Positions 1 to 11,855 of a stretch of 64,000 nt of DNA are shown here, one piece after another. Every line of letters starts with the position of its first letter. The first letter of the stretch is position 1. Where the stretch lies: the NCBI RefSeq assembly GCF_009914755.1, contig NC_060927.1; one strand, 5' to 3'. This DNA is from the human T2T-CHM13v2.0 reference genome, Homo sapiens. The position numbers and the translations under genes are program-made. Below the pieces are notes generated by a model. It made no database searches. It was given only the letters and a program-made list of their open reading frames with translations, and was not told the DNA's origin.

Positions 1-785
1 TTCTAACAGGCTAACTTCCTGACTTGGTGATTTTAGGATGCTGGGCCTGAGGCAGGACAGGCCGGGACTCGAGGGTACCGTCTTCATCTTGACAAAGTTC
101 CATTGTTTCTAGTCTGATTTCTCCTGGGCCATGGCTTTATGCTGGTGCTTCTTAGCTGGTGAGTCCCCCCGCTCCCAAGAGCAGGGGACAGTCACTGCTC
201 TGATAAACCTCTCCATGCAAGGGTTCAACCTGGAAGGGGCTGCTCGCTCACAGCAGCAGAGCAGAGCCAGACTGCGGTCTGGCAGATGCTGCTCCAGTAA
301 ACAGCTTGGCCAGGAAGAATGTCACCATAAAGCCTCTCCCCCGGAGGCTGCCGGAGCTTCAGGTGCAAGGCCCATGGTTTCTCCCCTGGCTGAGAAGCCC
401 CCATTTCTCCCATGGAGGCTTCTCCTGCCCTCCTTGCTTTGAGCTCCCAGGAATACTTTCCCAGCCTTTCTCTCCTACCAGGGACTTGGAGGAGCGTCGG
501 TGTGTTTCAGAGTATTTTCTCATTAGTTCTGCATTTTCCCATATGCCAGCCTCCCTTCCCATGCTGGCTCTATGCTTCTGATTCGTGACCTACCTTACCT
601 TCTAGAAATTCAGGAGAAGCTGTGTGACCATGGGCCAGCCACCTAACCTCTCTGAACCATGAGTGCTCCATCAGAAAAACAGAGCTCCCTGTGCCTGCAC
701 TTCCCTGCCTGCCTCACAGGACAGCCATGGTGCTCGGGTGGAGAACGTTTGAGCCGTGCACCGGTTCTGCCCGCTCTGACCCTAG

Positions 786-983
<198 letters not shown>

Positions 984-1149
984 TGATGGTCATCATGGAA
1001 ATGCGATCTTCCTCCTCGGCTCACACATCTCCTGGATTCAGGCCTCAGAAAGGGGCCCCACCATTCATCCACAATCCAGGATCCTGGGAATTACCTAGGA
1101 GGAAAGTCTCGACACCTCCTCCCTCCCAAATCCAAGGCATCCCCGAGTT

Positions 1150-1600
1150 TTGTAGATGCTGTTGCCCACTTCATTCATTTCTCCCAAGCTTCACCGTCTC
1201 CCCACTAGCCCGGACCACCATCACTGCTCACCTGGATGGCTCAGAAACCTTTCCCTGGACTCTGTGCCTCTGCTGTTGTCACTTCCACTCCATGCTCTAC
1301 CCTGCAGAGGGATTTTTTTTTTTCAAAATGCAAATTTGAACATGTCTTCTCTGATGAAAAGCCTTTCTTGGCTTCTCATAGTGCTGGACTCAGCGTGGCC
1401 ACAAAGCCCTGTGTTGCCCGGCTCCTGTGGCCCCACCAGCCTCACCACCTACGATTCCCCCACACTCACTCGGTCCCACCACAGCGGTCTGCTTCACTTC
1501 TGCAAGTTAACTCTCTCCTCCTCCCTCAGGGCCTTTGCACATGCTTCCCCTTTGCTTGGAGAGCACCTCTCCCTCCCTCCCTTTCCCTGTTCTAGACATA
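1150..1600 (+). mobile_element. L2 LINE 3' fragment
   Basis: L2 hallmarks: caccatcactgctcacctgga ... ttcaaaatgcaaatttgaacatgtc ... ctcagggcctttgcacatgct. Confidence 0.7.
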
Positions 1601-1639
1601 GAATCACCATGAGTGTGACAGCCTTAAGTATAGATTGAC

Positions 1640-1970
1640 ATGTGTTTGTAGCAAACCCACCAAGAGCAGGGTTATCATTGTTTGAGTGATTGTGCAAAAT
1701 GGTGAAAAACTCTTTCCGTGATTTCCATGGTATTTGAATTTCCAGAAAATTAAGTGCATATGAAAAAGTACATAGTTTGTGTTTACATGACAAATGGAGT
1801 CTAACCTCAGATAAGTATAAATAGGTTTTTCACCTACAAGCATGTCCAGTGGGACATATTTTTTAAGACCAGCACAGGGCATCTGGCCTCCCTGGCCTCC
1901 GTCTACTCAAGGCCAGTCCTGCCCCAACTCATTGTGACAACTGACCCACCTCCCTCTCAAGCCCCAGTCC
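1640..1970. mobile_element. hAT-Charlie type MITE (MER113/MER20-like)
   Basis: tgtccagtgggaca ... ccctggcctccgtctactcaaggccagt ... cattgtgacaac resembles this family. Confidence 0.45.
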
Positions 1971-2209
1971 AGGGTGTGGCTATTTAGGTTTGGCATGTGC
2001 AGTCAGGGAAGCACCCCTCTGACCCACCAAAATAGGCAGGCCAAGGGGTGTGGATGTCAAAGGAGGCAGCTGATCAGCAAGCTCTGCTCCATGACTGTTC
2101 AGAGTCCACCTTGCTCTTGGTCATGTTTATCAGAGATGCAAGGGCCCCTGAGGAAATCAGGCGTACAAGCTAGACCAGAGGATACGAGTATGATCAAAGC
2201 TCTCAATCG

Positions 2210-2435
2210 CTGGGCACCTATTCATTGGACAGGAACTGTTACACACATCATCTCACATGATGCTCAGCTCAGCCCTCTGAAGTGGCATTTTTGCTACCCC
2301 CATTTTACAGATGGGAAAACTGAGGCTCAGGGACGTGAGGTCACTTAACTAAGGACACACAGGCTGGAAGCAAGAGAGCTGGAACTTAATCCAGGCCATC
2401 TGGCTATCAAACTCATGTACTTCCCACTCCATCCC
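2210..2435 (-). mobile_element. MIR SINE
   Basis: Reverse MIR core ccccattttacagatgggaaaactgaggctcag. Confidence 0.8.
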
Positions 2436-3694
2436 ACTGTGGCTGGGGCACCTAGCCCTTCACAAAACACCTCTGCATCTTCCTCATATTCAACCACAGG
2501 CAGCCCTGCGAGGAGGGATCATTGCCTTCTCAGTAGTAGCATTGCTTCTGTGAGAATCCATGTCCTCCTCTGTAAAGTGCGCACCCTGAAACTCCCTCGC
2601 AGTGTTGCATGAGACAGAGTATCCACAGCACTGCTGTTGCTCATTTTATCATTGCTTCTGTTTTGGAGGGGAGTCCCAGAGAGGAGTAATAGGAAGAAAA
2701 AAATCCAACTAAAATTAAATTTTGGACTTTTTCTTATTCAAATTGAAAGAATACTCATTGTGGAAAAACAGAGAAACATTAACAGAAGAAAAAAAAATTC
2801 AAATCCAACGCAACACCTTGGGGTTATCCCGCTAGGATTTTTCATACATATGTAGCTATAAGCGTGGTGATCAAAACTGGATCATATTATCCTTGGCATT
2901 ATGTAGGCTGAGTTCTTCCATTTATAATAAAGCATGAGGAGCTTACCCCTCAGTAAAAATAGATTGCTATCATTGAGTTGTGTGGTATTCCATTGAATTG
3001 ATACACTGGAATTGACTTTCTCTGTCCCACTTGTCAGGCCGTAAGATAGTTGTTTTTTCATATACTACCTCATGAAATGCTCCTGGCACCTCTGCAACAT
3101 AGGTTTTACCAGGGCCTCCACTCGTGGCTGTGCAGACTATGCCCTGCACAACTCCAGCAGGCACTATTCACACAGCAGTCCTAGCTTTTACAGTGCCTAT
3201 CACAGACGAGGACCTTGTAGCTGAGAAAGATGAAGTGGTTCATCCAAGAGCATGTAGTCCATAAGCAGTGCAGCCTGGATCCGGTCTCTTCTGCCTTGCT
3301 TTTTTGTGTTGCTGTTGGCATCAAGCAGGAAAACCTGCTCTGTGCCTCTGGTTGGGGGTGTGGATCACACCAAGACCCTCTTTAGGAGTCTGCCAATTGG
3401 AGAAAATGCAAGTTACAGCTGAATATGTAGTCACCTCACCTTTCTCAGAAGGACCTGGGCTCACTTTCTGAGGCATGATTTTTGGAAAATACTTAATTAG
3501 ATGCCAGAACACTCAGTGGGATGTCCCAGAACACTTCGGAGACTGAGCCAGGGAGACAGAATGTACTATTTGCAGGGTTCAGATTTTGTTCTGTTCTAAG
3601 CCTAGTGCCTGAGATTTGCTGACCTTCCCTGCATGCCCTGCATCTGTCTCTCTGATGCTGTTACACTCAGGATGCTCTCTTCTAGGGGAATGAT

Positions 3695-6600
3695 TTTACA
3701 CAGCTTATAGTTGGGTCTTGCTTCTTTATCCAGCCTAATAATCTCTTAACTGGAGTATGTGGTCCACTTGTATTTTGTAATGATTGATGTGGTTAGGTCC
3801 TGAGGTCTGTTTTAGGGCAGAAAATGTCAGAATAATAATCAGAAGTGGGAAGTGTCAGATGTGTGGTGGAAGTGCAAAGTGATATGTTATTAACTCGAAT
3901 AAGTTATGACATATAGTCTTGGTCCAATTGTTTAGAGAAAAATAATAAGAGGTAGAGCTAAAAAGCTAGTAGATGAAACAAAATTGAAAATTAAAAATAT
4001 TTATTAACCCAAAAGAATGCGGGAAAGTGCCACAGAGTAAAACTAAACAAAATAAGCAAAGAAAAACAGAAAACCAAAAGAAAACAAATGCAAAATAGTA
4101 GACTTAAATCCAACCATATTCTTATATTAAATTTAAATGGACCAGATACACTAATTAAAAGGCAGAGATTATCAGACCAGATTTTTTTTAAAAAAAGACC
4201 CAACTATAACATGTCTAAAAGAGACACACTTTGAAGACACAGATAAAGTATAAAAGAATGGGAAAAGATATACCATTCAAACAATAAACATAAGAAAACT
4301 GGCTTGACTATTAGTGTGGACAAAGTAAATCAAAAAATATTAGCAGAGATAAAGAGGAACACCTCATATTGATAAAAGGGGCAATTCATTGAGAAGACAT
4401 AACAATCCTAATGAGTTTGTACCTGAAAGCAGAGATTTGTTATATAGGGAGCTAAAACTGATAGAACTGGAGGGGAAAACAGACAAATCCACAAGCATAG
4501 TTGGAGATTTTAACACCCCTCTTTAACTAATGATAGAACAATTATATGAAATGTCAATAAAGACATAGAGATCTGAACAATACTATCAACCACAATGACT
4601 TCATTGATATTTATCAAACAGTGCACTCAGTGCCTGCAGAGCACAATTCTTTTCCAGTGGACATGGAACATTCACCAAGATAGACCATATACTATGCCAT
4701 AAAACAAGCATCAATGTATTTCATGAAATTGAGACCCATTAATATAATGCACCATGTTAATAGATCTAACAAAAAAACATAAGATTAGCTTCATCAATGC
4801 TTAAAAAGCCTTTAACAAGATTTGACACCCATTTACAATATAAAATAATCAAGAAAATAGAAATTGAGGAGTACTTTTTGAAATGGTGTGTGTGTGTAAA
4901 AGTTTTTAAAAAGCAGATATCTATAGTATCCTACCCATTATGTGAAAAAAGAAGGGGAGAAGAGAAAATATGTCTACTCATTTGTGCAAAAGAAATACAG
5001 AAAGGATTAACTAGAAACAAACAAGGATGGTTACCTTCAGGGGTGGTCGGAAAAGGGGTGGAAAGAAGGGAGGAATGGGAATGAGGGAGGAAGAATGAGA
5101 AGGAAGCAGTGCTTCCCTGAATATATCATTTTTTTTATTAGCTCTGAGTCTTGGTAATGTTTCACATACCACTCAAACAATGATTTTTTTGTGGTGGAAC
5201 CCTAAATGGAATACAAACAGTAACAAATGAACCTAACTGTACTACAAATGAAAACTGTCACCATGCTAAAGGGAATGGGGAAGGAAAAACTAACCTATGT
5301 AACTTTGAGAAACAGCATCTTGACTGGATATTTTAAGGCTAAAGACAAAAATAACGATACTGTGCTCCAGTTAGTACAGGGGTAGCAATTCCACAACTGT
5401 TGTAAGTGTGTATATTAGGATTGAACAAATAGGTAAATATTTTATAGATAATTAGTCAGATTTTTCACTGAGAAAGAAGTTATAAATAAGGAAAGGAGAG
5501 ATGCTAGAATGTCTTTTATTGGAATTGGAAGTATCAATATATTAAAATTCATGGTTTTCATCTATGTACAGATAGATATAGAAATATTCATGTGTATATG
5601 CATGGATAAATATACATATATTTCCTATCTTTGTGTGCTGAGAGGGCCTAAAAGCAATAATACTCCACAGTTATGAGCACACCTAGGGCTCAGATCTTGG
5701 TTTCTAAACACTATTCTTCAATTAAAAAAAAAAAAAACACAGGGCTCCTTGGCAAAACAGTTGATTTCCGGGCTAGGGCAAGACAAGGTGAAGCTAGAAC
5801 ATTTTTGTGATGCCAAAAAATAAGGAAGTGCTCAGAAAGAAAGGTTTGAGGCTTGTCAAAAAGCCATGGAAATCAACCTGAAGGAACTCCCAATGGTTAA
5901 AACTGAAATAACTTGAACAGCAAAATAAATGATAGTATTGGATTTTAACCCATAGAATAAACTACTCAGGAGTCCACATTCACATATATAAATAATTGAA
6001 TAAATAAATGGTGTGAAAGGACAGCTATTCCTTGGAGAAGAATTATAATTAATAAATATAGAAGGAATGAGGGAAATATCAAATCACCATTAGGCAAACA
6101 CCATTGTAATCATGGTTGCAGGCAAGACCCACCAATGGATACTAAAATCAGTAGGTAAAAGTTGGAGTAGAAACAGGATTTTTTCATAATCTCAAAATAT
6201 TTCCTCCTGCAGGAGCGTTAACAATTACAAAGAGAAAAAGAGTAATGTTATAGTGGAGAAACCTAGCAGACAACAGTTTAACCTTAACCTTAAGTGATCA
6301 AGGTAAACATCACCAGTAATAATATTGATTGACATGTACCCCCTGATATAATACACCAGAAAGGATATAACATCACTGCTGTGGTTTTCTAGCCAAAAGA
6401 TGCACAACCTCACCATAAGTCATGAGGAAACATCAGACCAACCCACATCAAGAGACATTCTGCAAAACAACAACCAGAACTCATCAAAAATGTTGAGTTT
6501 AGCAAAGACCAAAAAAAGACTAAGGGACTGCCACAGACTGGAGAAGACTAAAGAGATACAACCAATAAACGCAATGTGGAGTTCTGAATTAAATGTTGGA

Positions 6601-7700
6601 ACAGAAAAAAAGGGGGCAAAAGGAGAAAAACTGGCAGAATATGAATAAGCTCTGTGGCGTAATTAATGGTATTATACCAATATTAATTTACCAGTTATTA
6701 AATATTGAAAGTGTTCCCCTAAAATCAGAAACAAAGCAAGGATGTATGCTGTCTCTGCCTCTATACCATATGGCAATGAAGTTCCTAGAGAGTGCAATAA
6801 GGCAAGAACAAGAAAAATAATTAGAGGGAAGAATAAAAATTTTCTTGATAAACATACTGACCGAGTCAAAAATCCTAAGGAACCTACAAAAAAAGTAATA
6901 AGTGAACTTAGAGAGGTCAAAGGACAAAATAGATAAAATATATTATACTTCTTTACATGCTAGCAGGAGACAATTGGAAAGTTTTTAACTTCTGCTCTTC
7001 ACAAGACGCCATTAAGAAAATGGAAAGGCAAGCCACAGACTGGGAGAAAATATTTGTAATAACTCCTCTGACAAAGGATTTACATCCTAAACATATAAAG
7101 AACGCTCACAATCAAATAAAAAGAAAACAACCTAATGAAAAAAAAAGGACCAAAAAATCAAGCCATCACTTCACAAAAGAAGACATATGAATAGACAATA
7201 AACATGTGAAGATACTCGATGTCATTAACTATCAGGGAAATGCAAATGAAAACTATGATATAACATCTCACTCCCACTGTAATGACACATCTTAAAAGAC
7301 TGACAATATCAAGTGTTGACAAGGATGTGGAGCCACTGGAAATTGGAAACATTGCTGGTAGGACTGTAAAATGGCAGAGCTACTTTGAAAATCAGTTTGG
7401 AATTTCTTAGAACGTTAAACATATGATTGCCATATGACCCAGCAATTCCACTTCTAGGTAGAATAGGCAAAACTAGTCCGAGGACGAAAAAAAATTGAAT
7501 TGATGGTTGCCCAACGTGAAGAGGAGGAACGGAGGCGAAGAGACAGCAAGGGGCCTCAAGGGGCCAATGGCAGTGTTCTATAGCTTGATTGCCATGGCTT
7601 GATTGTCGTGGTGGTTATCTGGGTGTATACACTTTTTAAAACTTCATCAAACTATGTATGTAAATTATACCTTAATGAAGCTGCTCTTTAAAGTAAAAAA
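3695..7700 (+). mobile_element. Cluster of old L1M LINE fragments (ORF2 endonuclease/RT remnants and L1MC/L1ME-type 3' ends), mostly sense to SLC6A11; first ~100 bp inverted
   Basis: A-rich; degraded ORF2 peptides in the ORF track (PLKSETKQGCMLSLPLY, KKMERQATDWEKIF); gcatagttggagattttaacacccc and catatgacccagcaattccacttctaggta L1 signatures. Confidence 0.88.
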
Positions 7701-8084
7701 TCATCAGATTTCATGTCTATTAAGCATTTACCTGCTTCAGTGCTTTCCATTTATTGTGTCATCTCACTGAATTCTCAAAACCACTTTTTTTAGATAGGAC
7801 TTTATTATCCCCATATTTCAGCTAAGAAAACAGATTTGAGCCCAGGCCACCTGGCTACAGAGCCTGTGCTGTTGACCACTGTGCCACAGGGCTAGCCTCT
7901 CAGGTATCTGTCTGCTGACATTGATAAAGTTCATCCCGAGGACACGTTAACCCAGCCTTCTATGTGCAGCAACTAAAACAAGGGAGTGTAGACCTGGAAA
8001 TGAGAGTGGAAACCAGAGGAAGAGGCTGCCAGGGTGGAAGAGCATTTCTCCAGCCTGGACCCGACCTACGTACACCACAACCAC

Positions 8085-8190
8085 TGGGTACCTGGTCCTT
8101 GCCTCCCCCTGGGCAGACAGAGTCAGAATCGCTGGGTAGGCCTGAGAATCTGCATTTTAACAAGAAACTGCACCTTCCCCCTTGAGAACA
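8085..8190. mobile_element. MER5A-like hAT MITE fragment
   Basis: gagtcagaatcgctgggtaggcctgagaatctgcattttaacaag. Confidence 0.65.
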
Positions 8191-8431
8191 GTAGAGACAT
8201 GTCCAGAGGAAGGTCCATGGATCAGCTGAACCTAGGCTTGAATCCTGACCCTTCCAAGGCCCTTGTTTACCTCTTTCTGCCTCAACTTGCTCATCTGCAA
8301 AATGGGCATCAGAATAGCACCAAACGCATGGGGTGGCTGGGAAACAGAAGTGATTTGAGTGAGAGGCAGGCACAGTGCCTGGCGCAGAGGAGGCACTCAG
8401 TAAATGCTGGATTAAAATAGCAATGATATGA

Positions 8432-8659
<228 letters not shown>

Positions 8660-10409
8660 TAGGAGTGGCTCCCCAGGCCCAGCCACTCCCACCTGGCCCT
8701 GGCATCAGGGCCCTGCCCACCGTCCCCCATTCCACCCTCCACTTCCCTCCCAGCAACTCTTGCACCCCCGCCATCCACCAGGTGGGCTCTACACTTACCC
8801 ACAAATGTCTGTTCCGGCCCCTCTAAGCCTTCCCAAACACTGTTTTCCTTACCGGAATTCCCAACTCTCAATTCACATTTAGAAAAATTTGCTAAATACT
8901 TCCCTTCTGCTCAACCACTCCTGCCAACAGCACTGCCTGGCACAGCAGAAGAGAGTCTCCGAGAGTGAGTTCCACAGCATGCATGTCCCCATCCCAACCC
9001 AATCATTGAGGACACGGACACATAGAAAAGCACCTCCTCTTCCTCCATCTCTGTCCTGGATGCCACCACCAGCTCTGCCCCGCCACCGCCTGCCTGTCTC
9101 TGTGCTCGGCCCTCCCTAGAGGCCCCTTGCCAACCTCCCCCTGCTTGGCAGCCTCCTTCCCTGGCGAAGGGGGTAGACCTGGAGCTAGTAACTCACCCAT
9201 GCACTCGGTTTCCCTTTGTTGCCACACAGCACGCAGGCGCTCGCTTCCCGCACTGAGCACACTCCAGACTCCCATCCCAGGTCCCCGGCCTCTTTCCCAG
9301 ACCATTCCCCCAACAGTCCCTGAAACCCACCCTTTGCCTGCTGGTCCTCACAGCTGTTTTCCCTAGGAGCCCTGGAGAACTTCCCCCAGCCACAGCCTCC
9401 CCGCCTCGGAGACTGGGGTCTCTTGGCCAACCAGTGCTGTGCTGTGCAGGGGCCTCTGCAGGCAAAGCAGTCAGACCCCCAGGGAGACACACCCAGCCCA
9501 GCCTGTGGGAGTGCCGCCCTCACCCATGACCTTCTGCCAGTTGAGTCACTTGGCACCCAAGCCCCACAGCCAGTATATCTGTCAAGCCAGCCAAGTCCAA
9601 TTCAATTTCTTCCTCTGATCGGTTTCCCAGAAGCTGCTAAGCCAAATCACCGGGTGTTTCTGCTGATAATCTTCCCTTATTGTTGCTGTTGCGGGCAGAG
9701 GTCTCGGAGGGATTGGCAGCTTATGCGTGACAGGCCAGGCCTGCCTGGCAGAGGGAGGCAGGGGCTGGGGCCCCGGCTCGGCGAGTCCCTGGGCTGAGCT
9801 AAACCAGCACTTGGGCCTGGGGGCCCGAGGTCTGGCACAAAAAGTGGCGGCCACTCTGCCTATCCCCATGCGTGCTGCCCTTGCTGTGTGCCTTGGATAT
9901 ATTCTCAGTTCATTGTCACAATAACCACACGGGCTGGGGGCTCCTTTCATTGTCTGCATTTTATAGAAGAAGAAACTGAGGTTCAGAGATACTGAGTGAC
10001 TTGCTCGGTCGTGTACCCGGGCCCGTCTGCCTCTTGGCCTACACACTGCAGTGTCTCATCAGTTTCAATCCTGGATAAACAACCTCCTTTGCATCCCATC
10101 CTCTTCCCTAGGACCTGGAGAAAGGATAGACAGAGCCAGCCCTTGCTGCTGAGGCGGAGCAGCTGCGAGGCCATAGCCTGGGCTTGAGTCCCAGCCCCAT
10201 GACTTGCCAGCTGTGTGCCTTGGGCTAGTCACCTCGCCTCTCTGTGCCTCATTCCCTTTGTCTGCACAAGGAGTATTGAAACACCTTTTCTGGGGAGGCA
10301 GAGGTGAATCAGAAAGGATTTGGAGCCGACAAATAGCTCCAGGGAAGGGGTGCTTCCCAAAAAGGTGGCTGGCAAAATAACCCTTAACTCCTCCTCCCTC
10401 CCTCAAGGC

Positions 10410-10670
10410 AGGGCAGTGGGGTGGGTAAAGCCCAGCTCTGGAGCAAGATCACCTCGTTCAAATCCAGGCTTTGCCACTTATCGCCTGGGTGACCTTGGGT
10501 AAATTGCTTACTCCCTCCTCTGTGCTTCTGTGTCTTCATTTACAAAATGGGAATAATAATAGTACAGACCATGTAGAGACTACATAAGTTAATGTATGCC
10601 AACTGCCTAAAACAGCCTGGCACATCGCAGGTATGATATGTTTGCTATTATTCGTGTTATTATTATTAAT
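10410..10670 (+). mobile_element. MIR SINE, near full length
   Basis: gttcaaatccaggctttgccactta ... tgaccttgggtaaattgctta ... aaaatgggaataataatagtac ... cctggcacat. Confidence 0.85.
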
Positions 10671-11576
10671 TTAGCAAACATTTCCTGAGCCTCTCCCTCC
10701 TCTGTGCCAGGGGCCCTGAGCTAGACACAGGAAATAGACAGATGACAATGATGTGGCCCCTTCCCTCCAGGATCCCACCTGCTTGTAAGGAGACAGATAT
10801 AAGCAGGAAAGGGCCCCCAGGGTGAGGGGTGTGCTCAGGGCGCAGAGGAGAGGGATGGGCTGTCCTGAGTGGGGGACAAGAGTGATCAGGAAAAGGTTCA
10901 TGCAGATCTGCCCCCAGTGCCATAAGAACCAGGTGAGGGGGCGGTCGGTATCTTAGGATATTCAGGCTGGCTGTTAATGGGTGGGTAGGAACTGAGCAGA
11001 TACCTTGTACCTGGCCCTGTGCTTAGCACACGGGATACAGATGCTTAGTGGCTCAGACTCAGCCACTGATGCCTGCATCGTTTGGCTGGGGCCCAAAGAC
11101 ACCCAGCAGAGACAAAGAGCTGGAAGTTGGCTCACCTCTGATTGCCCTCCACCAGCAGAGGGGCCTCATCTGCCAGAAAGAAAGGGCAGGGAAGCGTCCC
11201 AACCCCGGAGACCACAGAGACAGACCAGAGCCTGCCATCAGCAGAGCACGTAACTCCCACTACAGGCACAGAAATCCCAGCCTTGCCTCAAGGGCAGGGG
11301 CTGGTCTCATTTAAGTTGTCGACCCCAGCACAGAGCCCAGCATGTAGGCATGTGACAGGCAGCATGCGGGAGAAGGAGGAGTACTAGATTTGGAGTCTGG
11401 AGACACCAGCTCAAGTCCTGACTGCCACGTCCTTGCTGAATAATCCTGGGCAGGTCACTCCCCACCTCTGAGCCTCAGCGTCGTCATCTGTTAAATGGGC
11501 ATGACTGGAGCTCCGCTAGTGCTGGGATGACTGTTATCCTCAGGCCCCTCGTCTGCATTAATGGGTGTGGGAATGA

Positions 11577-11855
<279 letters not shown>

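Noticed and set aside
6593-7190. Reverse-transcriptase-like peptides
   Set aside because: Fragmented, frameshifted L1 ORF2 remnants, not an intact or domesticated gene
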